In this document: in pieces, positions 27,832-38,123 of the stretch
Numbering within the stretch: position 1 is the stretch's first letter
Layout: every line of letters begins with the position of its first letter
Source: Parcubacteria group bacterium
GTDB lineage: Bacteria > Patescibacteriota > Minisyncoccia > Phycocordibacterales > CSBR16-119
Direction: 5' to 3'
Length of the DNA stretch: 64,000 bases
NCBI GenBank assembly: GCA_943356745.1
Contig: CALRFT010000003.1
Coordinates: 10,853-74,852, forward strand
Translations under genes and position numbers: made by a program
The notes under the pieces: generated by a model
Database searches by the model: none
The model's input: the letters and a program-made list of their open reading frames with translations, nothing else
What the model was told of the DNA's origin: nothing

Positions 27832-29295
27832 TTAGGCAAGACGTGGAAAGATTGGCGCCGCTGGAACTTCTTTATTTGCAACAGCCTGCTTTATCTTTTC
27901 AGAAGCTTCTGGCATGAATGGTTCCAAAAGAACTCCTATATACCAAAGGTTGATCATGAGACGTGCAACATCTTCTTTTGCAGCTTCTTCATCCACCTTA
28001 ATTTTCTTGAATGGCTCTTCACGAGTTATGAAAGTATCCATTTCTCGAATTTCCTTGAAAAGATATTGCAAAGATTTTTGCGGAACAAAATTGTTCATGT
28101 GGTCATGAAATTCTGGTGAGACAAACTCTTTGTCTTCCCATACCTCTTCAGGACTTGGAAGCGCAACAGTGACATCATATGAAGACGCCATTTTTACGAT
28201 TCTGTTTGTAAGGTTTCCGATTCCGTTTACCAAGTGAGCTGTGTACGCATCTTTAATAAGATCAAGAGAAATCGGTGAATCTTCAAACGGACTTACTTCA
28301 TTCACAAGATAAAATCGAAGCGCATCAACTGGAAGCAAAGCCAAAACTTCGTCTGGAGAAAGAACATTTCCAAGACTCTTTGACATCTTTCTTCCATCTG
28401 GACCATTCAAAAATCCATTAATGAGAATTGTTTGTGTTGGCGGAAGTTCTGCCGCCATAAGCATCGCTTGCCACATTGCACTTTGCTGACGAAGATTGTC
28501 CTTTCCCGCAATTTGCACTGTTTGTCCTTCTTCCCAAAACTTTGTAAAGTTTTCACTGTTTGGCCATCCAAGTGTTGAGATATAGTTTACCAAAGCATCA
28601 AACCAAACATACATTACTTGCTCATCATCTCCTGGAACTGGAACACCCCACGGCATTTTTTCTTTTGAGCGAGAAATTGAAAAATCTTGAAGACCTCCTG
28701 ACACAAAAGATTTGATTTCTTCAAACCGAAAATCTGGTCGAATAAAATCTTTGTTGACTTCATAGTAATCCAAAAGCGGTTGAGTAAATTCAGAAAATTT
28801 AAAGAAATAGTTTTCTTCTTCGATAATTTCTAAATCTCTGTTTGGGTGAATTGGACATTTTCCATCCACAAGTTCACTATCTGTCTTTTCGAGTTCACAT
28901 CCGACGCAGTATTTTGCTTGATAGTTTTTCTTGTAGATATATCCATTCTTGTCTACCAACTTCCAAAATTCCTGAGCTGCTTTTTTGTGATGTTCATCTG
29001 TAGTTCGAATAAAGGTTACATCATCGTACAAATCAAGGGTGTCTTTGAGAAGCTTAAAACGCTGAGAAAGTTTGTCAGTAAACGCTTGGGTTTCCATTCC
29101 CTCTTTTTGAGCTGATTCCCAAATCTTTTTTCCGTGTTCATCTGTTCCTGTATTGAAAAATACATCATGCCCAGTGAGTGCTTTGTAGCGAGCAAGCGCA
29201 TCAGCTCTAATAATTTCCATTGCAAAACCAATATGTGGCTCAGCATTGATATATGGAAGCGTTGTTGTTATATAGAATGATTTATTATTTTTCAT
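27832..29295 (-). CDS. metG: Methionine--tRNA ligase (short form)
   Basis: FYITTTLPYIN..PHIGF, TGTDEHG, YVWFDAL, KMSKS. Confidence 0.97.
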   Translation of the reverse strand: MKNNKSFYITTTLPYINAEPHIGFAMEIIRADALARYKALTGHDVFFNTGTDEHGKKIWESAQKEGMETQAFTDKLSQRFKLLKDTLDLYDDVTFIRTTDEHHKKAAQEFWKLVDKNGYIYKKNYQAKYCVGCELEKTDSELVDGKCPIHPNRDLEIIEEENYFFKFSEFTQPLLDYYEVNKDFIRPDFRFEEIKSFVSGGLQDFSISRSKEKMPWGVPVPGDDEQVMYVWFDALVNYISTLGWPNSENFTKFWEEGQTVQIAGKDNLRQQSAMWQAMLMAAELPPTQTILINGFLNGPDGRKMSKSLGNVLSPDEVLALLPVDALRFYLVNEVSPFEDSPISLDLIKDAYTAHLVNGIGNLTNRIVKMASSYDVTVALPSPEEVWEDKEFVSPEFHDHMNNFVPQKSLQYLFKEIREMDTFITREEPFKKIKVDEEAAKEDVARLMINLWYIGVLLEPFMPEASEKIKQAVANKEVPAAPIFPRLA

Positions 29296-30343
29296 GTTCT
29301 TCAATTTCTAGTTTATTTTTTTCTCTGTCTTTAATATATTCAAGTAGTGTTACGGTCACTGGAATTGCAAGGATAAGCCCCCAGAATCCAGCAAGTTTAA
29401 ACCCAATCAAAACTGCTAAGATAACAGCTATTGGAGAAACTCCTGTTGCTTTTCGCATAACAAGAGGTTGCACCACATAACTTTCTATTTGTTGTATTAC
29501 AACATACAACCCGGCAACCAAAATTGCAAGAGAAATTCCTCCAGAAGCAAAGGCAAGAGAGATTGCGGGGATTGAAGCGAGAATAATTCCAAAAGGAATA
29601 AGTTCAAACACAGCTGCAATTACAGCAAGCAAAAGTGCATATTCAACACCAATCAACGCAAGCCCTATGAAGGTAAGAAGTCCGACAATAAGACCCATGA
29701 ACATTTGCCCACGAAGCCATTTTGCAATTTTTCTTTGTGAACGTTTCCAAAGATCAATAACATATTTCTCATGTTGCTTTGGAGTAACAATTCTCAAGAA
29801 TGATTCGATACCATCTTCTGCCAAAGAAAGATAAAAAGAAATAACAACAATTAAAATAACATTTGCAATACTTCCAAAGAGATTTGAGATAGCACTTACA
29901 AAACCACCACTGATTGAAGCTAATACTCCCTGTAATTGCTGGAATAAATCCGGAAGCATAACTCCTTCTGTAATATTTTCAGCAACTGTCTTTGCACTAT
30001 CCACAGTATTTTGATTTACAATTCCCGGAATAAAATCAGCAATTATCGGAATGAGTTTTGAAAATTCAATAATCAAAACTGGAACAAAGAAATAGAAAAT
30101 TCCAGAAAGTGCAGCAAAACCAAGAATGTACATTCCAACCACTGAAACTGTTTTTGGAATATGATATTTCAAAAGTCTTTCACTTACGGTTCTCACAAAA
30201 GAAGCGATTACGATTGAAGTAAGCACTACCAAGACCAAATCAGACAACTTAAGCAAAGCTGCAGCAAGTGCAACCAAAAGAAAAGCACTTATAAGTGTTT
30301 TGTTAGAGATTTTTACTGTAAATCTATTATGAGATATATTCAT
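29285..30343 (-). CDS. AI-2E (UPF0118) family transporter
   Basis: WLRGQ, ELIP, QQIES..VQP..M, GLILAIP. Confidence 0.9.
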   Translation of the reverse strand: MNISHNRFTVKISNKTLISAFLLVALAAALLKLSDLVLVVLTSIVIASFVRTVSERLLKYHIPKTVSVVGMYILGFAALSGIFYFFVPVLIIEFSKLIPIIADFIPGIVNQNTVDSAKTVAENITEGVMLPDLFQQLQGVLASISGGFVSAISNLFGSIANVILIVVISFYLSLAEDGIESFLRIVTPKQHEKYVIDLWKRSQRKIAKWLRGQMFMGLIVGLLTFIGLALIGVEYALLLAVIAAVFELIPFGIILASIPAISLAFASGGISLAILVAGLYVVIQQIESYVVQPLVMRKATGVSPIAVILAVLIGFKLAGFWGLILAIPVTVTLLEYIKDREKNKLEIEEHEK

Positions 30344-30385
30344 AGGCTATATAATGTTTATTTCTTTAAAACTACTATCATCATA

Positions 30386-30417
30386 ACACAAAAGACCCTT
30401 TGAAGGGTCTTTTGTGT
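30386..30417 (-). terminator. Terminator-like hairpin after glyS
   Basis: ACACAAAAGACCCT-TTGA-AGGGTCTTTTGTGT. Confidence 0.7.
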
Positions 30418-30426
30418 ATAACGATT

Positions 30427-31800
30427 TTATAGACTAAATTTTTCTTTAAAATAAGGAATAAGAGAGTCAATTGAAACCCGCTCTTGGTGAGTTGTGTTTC
30501 TGTCTCTAACTGTTACATCTCCTTTTTCAAGAGAGTCAAAATCAATCACAAGACAAAACGGTGTTCCAATTTCATCTTGCCTTCGATATCGTTTTCCGAT
30601 ATTTCCATTATCATCCCAAGAAACATTTCCAAATTCTCGTTTCAAAACTCCAAATACTTCTTTTGCTTTCTCAACAAGTTCTGGCTTGTTTCGAAGAAGT
30701 GGACTCACTGCAATTTTAATTGGAGCAATGTTTGGATGCAAAGCAAGATATGTTCGAACTTCTCCATCAATTTCCTCTTCTCGATATGCTGAAACAAGAA
30801 GTGCAAGAAGGGTTCGTTCAACTCCAAACGACGGCTCAATCACATGAGGTGTAAACCATTCGTTTTTTTCTTGATCAAGGATCTGAAGTTTTTCTCCTGA
30901 CCCCTCCATGTGTTTTGAAAGATCATATGAACCACGATATGCAAGTCCATACAATTCTTTTCTTCCAAATGGATAATCAAATTCAAAATCGATTGTTCGT
31001 TTTGAGTAGTGCGCCCTGTCTTCTGCTGAAACCTCAAGCTCATGAACATGATTCATATCAAGTCCGATGGTTCCCATCCATTCAAGCATTTCATCTTTCC
31101 AATACATGAATTCTTTTTCCCAATCTTCTTCACGAATAAAGTATTCGATTTCCATTTGTTCAAATTCACGTCCTCGGAATATGAAATCTTTTGGAGCAAT
31201 TTCATTTCGAAAGGCTTTTCCAATTTGACCTACTCCAAACGGAACCTTTGGAGAAAAAGTATCAACAATATTTTTGAAGTTTACAAAGATTCCCTGTGCT
31301 GTTTCTGGCCGAAGAAATGTTTTTGATTTTGCGTCTTGCACGGCTCCAAGCTGTGTTTCGAGCATCATATTAAATGTTCGAACTTCCCCAAGAGGATTTC
31401 CTTCTGGACTTTTCACTCCGTGGTCTTTGATAATCTGAGACATCTCCTCCACTGTTTTTCCTTTGATATCAAAATTAAGATCTTCAAGAATATGATCAGC
31501 CCGGTATCGTTTATTTGTTTTCAAATCTTCCACAAGTGGATCAACAAATCCTGCTGCGTGACCACTCGCCTGCCATACTGATGGACTCAAAATAATTGCA
31601 GAGTCGAGACCATACATATCAGTTCTATTTTCAACGAAAAATCTCCACCAAGAATCTTTGATATTCTTCTTAAGCATTGACCCAAGCGGACCAAAGTCGT
31701 ATGACCCAGCAAGTCCTCCATAGATTTCAGAACCTGGATAAATGAACCCTCGTCGTTTTGATAAGCTTATTATTTTTTCCATTAATTCGTGTGTTTTCAT
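30427..31800 (-). CDS. glyS: Glycine--tRNA ligase, homodimeric (alpha2) type
   Basis: LRPETAQGIFVNF, QIGKAFRNEI, REFEQME, IEPSFGVER, IGKRYRRQDEIGTP. Confidence 0.97.
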   Translation of the reverse strand: MKTHELMEKIISLSKRRGFIYPGSEIYGGLAGSYDFGPLGSMLKKNIKDSWWRFFVENRTDMYGLDSAIILSPSVWQASGHAAGFVDPLVEDLKTNKRYRADHILEDLNFDIKGKTVEEMSQIIKDHGVKSPEGNPLGEVRTFNMMLETQLGAVQDAKSKTFLRPETAQGIFVNFKNIVDTFSPKVPFGVGQIGKAFRNEIAPKDFIFRGREFEQMEIEYFIREEDWEKEFMYWKDEMLEWMGTIGLDMNHVHELEVSAEDRAHYSKRTIDFEFDYPFGRKELYGLAYRGSYDLSKHMEGSGEKLQILDQEKNEWFTPHVIEPSFGVERTLLALLVSAYREEEIDGEVRTYLALHPNIAPIKIAVSPLLRNKPELVEKAKEVFGVLKREFGNVSWDDNGNIGKRYRRQDEIGTPFCLVIDFDSLEKGDVTVRDRNTTHQERVSIDSLIPYFKEKFSL

Positions 31801-31801
31801 A

Positions 31802-33691
31802 TTATTCTACGACTCTGTCGTTATTTGCATTATACTCAGTATCTCTTGAAAGACTAGAGTTGAGTTGACCAAATGTTTTTGAAACAATATCTCCAGTGAA
31901 AGCATCTTTAGCTTCGAGACTTCCAGAAGAGATAATTGTTGGTAAGGTTTGTATTTGAGAAACTGATGGAATAAATCCAACTTTAAAATATATTTTTTTT
32001 GAACCTGAAGCCCCTGGGGTAATTTCTCCAGCATTCCATGTGAGTCTTCTGTTAATTGAATTGTATGAAATATTTGCATCTTCTGGGAAAGATTCACCTT
32101 TCCAAGTTATATATGAAGGAAGATCAGCAACAACTTTTACATCATCGAGACTACTCGTTGTTGATGAGACTGTCCATTCGACGGTATATGTTGTTTCTTC
32201 TCCAACCTTTGGAGGAAGAGTTCCACTATTCACAAATGGTCCATTATTGAAAAATAGAGCATTTGAAATAGAAACATCAGAAGCAACTCGAATCACTCCA
32301 TTGTAAATATTACTTACCTCTTCAGGTTGTGTACCTTGTCCAACAATAACTCCTTTTGCATCAATAGCAACTGATATTGTTGGGTTTGCAACCCCAGCTT
32401 TTGGAATAAGAGAGAAATAAAGTTGGCCTGTTTTTCCAGGAGAAATGTTGTTAAGATTACTGTTATTATTTTGATTCCAAATAATTCTACCTTGATTATT
32501 ATCAAAAAATCCTTGGTTTACAGTTACTCTAGTTGGGTCAAAACCATTTCCAGAAAATCGAGCTGTGATCTCCAAAGAAGAAAGTGAGGTATCAAGTTCA
32601 TTTTCCCAATCAATTGTAAATGTTGTTTCTCCTGTTGAAGAAACGATAAACTGGTTTGACTTTGTTTGACCAGTCGAAAGTTCTGCTGAAACAAATGGGG
32701 TGCCAATTTCTATCGCAAGCGGTGTTGCGGTAAACTGAACTCCAATTTCTTGTTCATCGTCTGGATTTTGACTTCCAGAAATAACAGTAATGATTCTTTC
32801 TTCACCATTACTTGCTCGAATTGATCCTTGAATTTGAATTGTTTTTTCAACTCCCGGTGCTAAATCCCCCAAAACCCAGGTATCGTTTCCAAAGTCAGGT
32901 TCTGGACTCGCACTTTCAAATTTGAATCCTGAAGGATATGTCACAACAAGCATCATGTTTTCTGTTACTTCTGTACTATTTTGAATAACAGTAATATCTG
33001 TTGAAAATAACTGATTTGAAACAACATTTTCTGGACCTTCAACAATAACATCAACTGGTGATGTTGCTATCGTTACCTGATAATCATATTCTTTTACGAA
33101 AATAGCATTTGAATTTTCAACTCGATATTCAAGTGTAAATGTTACATCTCGCACAGAACCCTGTTCTCCAAAGATAGCAATTTCTACAATATCCTCCGCA
33201 ATATCTCCACTTTTAATTTCCCCAAGAGAAACACGTTCTCGAACAATATCTTCTGCACCACCAACTCCTTTTGAATACTCAACAAGAATATCGGCAATTT
33301 CAATATTTGTTCTATTTCTGTTTGCAACCTTGATTTGAAGAGGAAGTTCTTCCCCACCATCAACAAATGAGTTTCCAAGAACAACAATATCAATATTATT
33401 GTTTGAAATTGTTGTACCACCTTGGAAAAAAGTAAAGAAAGCAAAAATCATTGAACCCAAGAAAAAAGCAATCGCCACCATAAAAAGGTTACGGAAATTT
33501 TTTGAGTGCATTAAATGTTTTTTTCTTTTTTTAGTTGGCATTTGATTATCACCACTCCACGCGGATGGAATAGTTGAAACACTGTCATGTAACTCATGTC
33601 TTGTAACTTGTTTTGGTTCCCGACCACGAACATAGAGTTCGCGTTCACTCATTTCTAATTTATCGGGAATGATTTTTTTTCTTTCTTCCAT
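31802..33691 (-). CDS. Membrane-anchored hypothetical protein with repeated Ig-like (DUF11-like) domains
   Basis: One TM near the N-terminus, then beta-rich repeats (YPSGFKF.SA.P, W..G.L.PG). Confidence 0.75.
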   Translation of the reverse strand: MEERKKIIPDKLEMSERELYVRGREPKQVTRHELHDSVSTIPSAWSGDNQMPTKKRKKHLMHSKNFRNLFMVAIAFFLGSMIFAFFTFFQGGTTISNNNIDIVVLGNSFVDGGEELPLQIKVANRNRTNIEIADILVEYSKGVGGAEDIVRERVSLGEIKSGDIAEDIVEIAIFGEQGSVRDVTFTLEYRVENSNAIFVKEYDYQVTIATSPVDVIVEGPENVVSNQLFSTDITVIQNSTEVTENMMLVVTYPSGFKFESASPEPDFGNDTWVLGDLAPGVEKTIQIQGSIRASNGEERIITVISGSQNPDDEQEIGVQFTATPLAIEIGTPFVSAELSTGQTKSNQFIVSSTGETTFTIDWENELDTSLSSLEITARFSGNGFDPTRVTVNQGFFDNNQGRIIWNQNNNSNLNNISPGKTGQLYFSLIPKAGVANPTISVAIDAKGVIVGQGTQPEEVSNIYNGVIRVASDVSISNALFFNNGPFVNSGTLPPKVGEETTYTVEWTVSSTTSSLDDVKVVADLPSYITWKGESFPEDANISYNSINRRLTWNAGEITPGASGSKKIYFKVGFIPSVSQIQTLPTIISSGSLEAKDAFTGDIVSKTFGQLNSSLSRDTEYNANNDRVVE

Positions 33692-33712
33692 ATGATTATA
33701 AGTATAGCAAGC

Positions 33713-34300
33713 TTAGAGATGACTTTCACGAAGAGACTGTTTAATTCTTTCCAAAAGCTCATATTTTTTTTGACTTGTTCTATCTAAGGTTTCTCTTGTA
33801 AAGGCTGAATTATGTAAACTGTATGATTCTTTAAACTCTTCCCAATATCCAAGACGATGGAGAATCTTGATTGTTACCAAAATCTCAATCGCCTCTATTG
33901 TCTCACTATCAAAGGTTTTTGAAATTTTAAGACAAGCTTCATAGATATCAGAAAAAAGACTTTCTTGAGATTCTTCTCCAACATACAACCTTCGAAGCAA
34001 ATTCGCGATTCTTGAGATAGATTCCTGTGCCTTTTTTGAAAAACCGGCAAAGGTTACTTGTTCTCCATCAAACGGTAATGCGTTGGTAATTCTCCAAACA
34101 TCCTTTCCTCGCACAAACTCGATAACTGAAAAAGAGTACTGTTGGAGGAAGGGATTGAGTTTTGATGTAGTAGAACGAACCCCTTGAGCGCTTGCATGTA
34201 TGAGTCCAAAGTCCTGTGTCACAATCCAAAAAAACCGGTTTTTTTCACCTGTATCCATTGCGTCAATAATGAAACCTGGGTTTTGATGGATTGTATACAT
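33713..34300 (-). CDS. recO: DNA repair protein RecO-like
   Basis: N-terminal OB-fold pattern GEKNR....VTQDFG.I.A.AQGVR...SKL...LQ. Confidence 0.8.
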   Translation of the reverse strand: MYTIHQNPGFIIDAMDTGEKNRFFWIVTQDFGLIHASAQGVRSTTSKLNPFLQQYSFSVIEFVRGKDVWRITNALPFDGEQVTFAGFSKKAQESISRIANLLRRLYVGEESQESLFSDIYEACLKISKTFDSETIEAIEILVTIKILHRLGYWEEFKESYSLHNSAFTRETLDRTSQKKYELLERIKQSLRESHL

Positions 34301-37300
34301 TAACGGATTGAAATACTTACTTTGTAATCTTCAAGATCAACAACCTCACCTTCTTTTTCTTCAAAAATAAATTTCTCTACCTGAGCAAGTTGTTTTATTT
34401 CTGAACTAAATGTTTCCACTAAATCTTGAGCCTCTGGCGACACCACGAGTGTGATTATTTGTTTTGGAGAAAGATCTTTTTTCTTTCGAAGATCTTGGAT
34501 TGCACGAAGGAGTTCTCTGTATTTTCCTTCACGTTTTAATTCTTCTGTAAGATTGGTATCAAGAGAGATTTCTTTAGCAACTAGAACTTCTTTCACATTA
34601 AGTTCATCTTCAATAATTTCAAGATATTCTCTTTGAAGATTTTCTGTGATGGTGAAACTTTGGAGTGGTTGACGTACTTTTACACCAGACTTTTGCCGGA
34701 GTAGAAGACCCTGACTTGCAAGATCTCGAGTGAGTTTCATTGCACTCAAAATACTTGTATCGAACGAAGAAACCTGTGGCCAATCACACAGATGAACAGA
34801 TTCTGGATCATTTTCTTCTTTCACTGTTTGATACACCTCTTCAGCAACAAACGGAATATATGGCGCTGCAACCTTTGCAAATTCTTTCAAAACAAATCGA
34901 GTCGTTGAAAGCGCAGCTGCCTTATCTTCGCCATCACTCTTGAATCTGTCTCGTGAACGACGAACATACCATGTTGAAAGATCGTCAACAAAATCAAAGA
35001 GTGGCCTTGCTCCTTTGTCGATGAGGTAGCTTTCAAGCCCTTCTTCAACATCTCGAATCGTTTCATAGAGTCTTGCGAGAATCCACTTATCGAGAATATT
35101 TTGACTTTGGTTGTGGGCTCTTTCTCCAGCACTATACATTTCATAAAATGTCGCTGAGTTTCTGTATCGTCCCATCACCTTACTCTGAACCTCACTCACT
35201 GTTTTTTCACTAAAGTTTACATCTTCTGCGTGAACCGCAGGACTCGCCATGAGAAACAGTCGAAGTGCATCTGCTCCCTCTTTGTCGATCATATGGTTGA
35301 GATCTGGATAGTTCTTGAGACGTTTTGCCATTTTCTTTCCATCTTCGGCAAGTACGAGTCCATTTACCAAAACATTTTTAAATGCTGGTTGATCAAACTG
35401 TGCACTCGCAAGAACCATCATCACATAAAACCAACCCCGTGTTTGGTCTTGTCCTTCTGCAACGAAGTCCGCTGGGAAACGTTTTGTTTTTTTAAACAAA
35501 CCTTTCTTTGGTTGAAACCGTGAATCATCAAATGGATAGTGATGTGACGCATACGGCATAGAACCACTATCAAACCATACATCAAACACATCTGGAATTC
35601 GTTTGTATGATTCTCCATCTTTTTCAATTTTGAAATTGTCGATATATGGACGATGGAGATCAAGTTCTCGAAGTCTTGTATTGTCGACAAACAAAGTGAC
35701 TGGTACCGCGTTTCCAGTAAGCGCAGGATTACTAAAAATTGATGAAACAGCATCTTCATTTGAAATACCTTTCAAAAGTTTCATCATTGAAGAACCTGTT
35801 CCCTGATGTGAAAACACAACCACTGTTTGCCCAGGATGCTTTGCAATAATATCTCTCAAAAAATCTTCTGTTCTATCATCTAGATCTTTCCAAGATTCTC
35901 CTGTTCCACCACGCTTGAAAAGATATCGTTCCTCTACTGGAAGATTTTTATATGCATCTCTTTCAGCTTTCACCTCTGGATCAAACTGTGTTTTCTCTTC
36001 CCAATTTCCTGAAGTAATTTCTTTCAGTCTGTCATCAAAAATAATTTCCTTTCCAGATTTTTTTGTGTAATGTTCTGCAGTTTGTTTTACTCGAAGTATT
36101 GGAGATGAATACACAACATCAACTTTTTCTTTCACAATTTTTTCTGCCGCCTTTTCAGCTTGAGAGTGTCCAAGTTCAGTGAGTGGATGTTTATCAAGCG
36201 CTGAAGAAGAAATTTCTTTAACATTATGTTCTGCTTGTCCGTGTCGTACAAAAATAATTTTTGTAATTTGCCCTTGTGCATTTTCTCGCAAATCTTCGAT
36301 TGAGCCCAAGATGAGTTTCTTTCCCGATTCACTTTCCCAGATTGGAAGTGGCGTTCCCCAAAACCGCGCTCGTGATACTGACCAATCTCGAACTTCTTCA
36401 AGCCACTTTCCAAAACGACCATCTTTAATATGGTTTGGAACCCAATTTGTTTTTTGGTTATTTTTGATAAGTTTTTCTTTTACCTTTTGCACGTTCACAA
36501 ACCAACTCTCTGTCGCGTAGTTGATGAGTGGACAATCTGTTCGCCAACACACAGGATAGCTGTGAGTATATTTTTTCTTTTCGAAAAGTTTTCCATTTCG
36601 TGCGAGGTATTTTACAATCTCAACATCAACATGCTGGTGATCTGTCACGTTTCGCACTGCCCAACCTTTGACATCGTATCCAGCTTCTACCAAAAAGTTT
36701 TCTACTTCTGATACAAAATGTCCGTCCATTTTCACATGGTGGATTGGTTCTACTTTTTCTTTTTGACCAAGATTTAGGTCGTCTTGTCCAAAGCCTGGTG
36801 CAATATGCACGATTCCTGTTCCGTCTTCTGTAGTAACAAAATCCCCCGCAACAACTCGAAATGCGTTTGCGTGGTTTTTGTAAATTGGGAAAATTGGTTC
36901 GTATGTTGAACCGATGAGATCTTTTCCTTGGAATGTTTTTTCAACTGAATATTCTTTTTGGGCCACAGCTGACTCGAGAAGTTTTGAAGCAATAATATAT
37001 TTTTGATCTCCAATTACAACCACAGAATATTCAATCTCCTCTCCCACCGCCAAAAGCACATTCCCTGGAAGTGTCCACGGAGTTGTTGTCCACGCTACCA
37101 TATGTGCTCCTTTGTGTGGACCACTCGTCAAAGTGAAGTTTGCATACACAGAAATATCAGTAATGTCTTTGTATCCTCCCATGTTTACTTCTTGATTTGA
37201 AAGCACTGTTTCAAGTGGAGGAGAAACCATCATCGACTTATAGCTTTTGTAGACCAAACCTTGGTCATCAAGATTTTTGAATACAGCCCATACACTTTCC

Positions 37301-37764
37301 ATAAATTCTGGATCCATCGTTTTGTATGGATTGTCCATGTCTACAAATCTTCCAACTCGCGGAATATATTCTTTCCAATCTGTCTCATATCGAAGAACAC
37401 TCGCCCGTGCGGCTTGGTTGAACTTTTCGATTCCATACTCAACAATGTCCTGGTTTGTTGGAAGGTTCAGTTCTTTTTGGATGAGGTTTTCAATCGGAAG
37501 CCCGTGACAATCCCAACCCCACTGACGTGGAACATGGAAACCTTTCATGGTTTTATATCGTGGAATCACATCTTTCATTGTTCCCGGCAAAAGATGTCCG
37601 TAGTGTGGAAGTCCTGTTGCGTATGGAGGTCCATCGAAAAATACAAACTCACCTTCTGGTGAATCTTTTTGCAAAGACTTTTGGAAAATATTTTGGTCCT
37701 TCCAAAACTTCAATATTTTTTCTTCTACTAATGCAACTTGTGATTTTTTTTGTTCTTCGTTCAT
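34300..37764 (-). CDS. ileS: Isoleucine--tRNA ligase (type 2) with inserted histidine phosphatase domain
   Basis: DGPPYATGLPHYGH, GWDCHGLP, WTTTPWTLP, DVWFDSGSMP, KMAKR; insert with FVRHG, SSP..R..QTA, FSH; start set at ATG 37764. Confidence 0.96.
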   Translation of the reverse strand: MNEEQKKSQVALVEEKILKFWKDQNIFQKSLQKDSPEGEFVFFDGPPYATGLPHYGHLLPGTMKDVIPRYKTMKGFHVPRQWGWDCHGLPIENLIQKELNLPTNQDIVEYGIEKFNQAARASVLRYETDWKEYIPRVGRFVDMDNPYKTMDPEFMESVWAVFKNLDDQGLVYKSYKSMMVSPPLETVLSNQEVNMGGYKDITDISVYANFTLTSGPHKGAHMVAWTTTPWTLPGNVLLAVGEEIEYSVVVIGDQKYIIASKLLESAVAQKEYSVEKTFQGKDLIGSTYEPIFPIYKNHANAFRVVAGDFVTTEDGTGIVHIAPGFGQDDLNLGQKEKVEPIHHVKMDGHFVSEVENFLVEAGYDVKGWAVRNVTDHQHVDVEIVKYLARNGKLFEKKKYTHSYPVCWRTDCPLINYATESWFVNVQKVKEKLIKNNQKTNWVPNHIKDGRFGKWLEEVRDWSVSRARFWGTPLPIWESESGKKLILGSIEDLRENAQGQITKIIFVRHGQAEHNVKEISSSALDKHPLTELGHSQAEKAAEKIVKEKVDVVYSSPILRVKQTAEHYTKKSGKEIIFDDRLKEITSGNWEEKTQFDPEVKAERDAYKNLPVEERYLFKRGGTGESWKDLDDRTEDFLRDIIAKHPGQTVVVFSHQGTGSSMMKLLKGISNEDAVSSIFSNPALTGNAVPVTLFVDNTRLRELDLHRPYIDNFKIEKDGESYKRIPDVFDVWFDSGSMPYASHHYPFDDSRFQPKKGLFKKTKRFPADFVAEGQDQTRGWFYVMMVLASAQFDQPAFKNVLVNGLVLAEDGKKMAKRLKNYPDLNHMIDKEGADALRLFLMASPAVHAEDVNFSEKTVSEVQSKVMGRYRNSATFYEMYSAGERAHNQSQNILDKWILARLYETIRDVEEGLESYLIDKGARPLFDFVDDLSTWYVRRSRDRFKSDGEDKAAALSTTRFVLKEFAKVAAPYIPFVAEEVYQTVKEENDPESVHLCDWPQVSSFDTSILSAMKLTRDLASQGLLLRQKSGVKVRQPLQSFTITENLQREYLEIIEDELNVKEVLVAKEISLDTNLTEELKREGKYRELLRAIQDLRKKKDLSPKQIITLVVSPEAQDLVETFSSEIKQLAQVEKFIFEEKEGEVVDLEDYKVSISIR

Positions 37765-37795
37765 GATATGTATAAAAGCTAATAAATTGATAAAT

Positions 37796-38002
37796 AAAAA
37801 AACTCGCCCACAGAAATAAGTACAAAGACTTATTTCCAAGGGCGAGTTTTCTGTTTCCCGCGGTACCACCTTGTTTGATGCGGGAAAATGGCTTTGCCAT
37901 TTTCCCGCATCCTCATTACAGCTATTTCGGGCTTACCCGCCAAGTTCTACTTCCTTTAAAGGTTTCTTCTTGAAGCTCTGGAGTGATTAGTTCCTTCAAC
38001 GC
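37796..38002 (-). promoter_or_regulatory. T-box riboswitch (Ile, AUC specifier) with intrinsic terminator
   Basis: T-box sequence AAGGTGGTACCGCG (37872-37859), AGTAGAA in stem II, ATC specifier at 37987-37985, terminator AAAACTCGCCC...GGGCGAGTTTTTTT; directly upstream of ileS. Confidence 0.92.
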
Positions 38003-38123
38003 TTGTAATTGAAATATAACACAAAAAAATCAAAGAAAAAAGCCTTGTAAACTTACAAGGCTTTTTGGAAAATGTCCGATTTGTTACACGCTCACTTTAA
38101 CAACATGAATTCCTATTCCGACA

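Noticed and set aside
37765-37869. 35-aa N-terminal extension of IleRS in the ORF track (similar extensions on rplF, rpsF, argS, dut, DUF1599, tatD and others)
   Set aside because: The extensions use alternative start codons that run through the T-box, terminators, promoters or neighbouring genes; downstream ATGs match the family N-termini.
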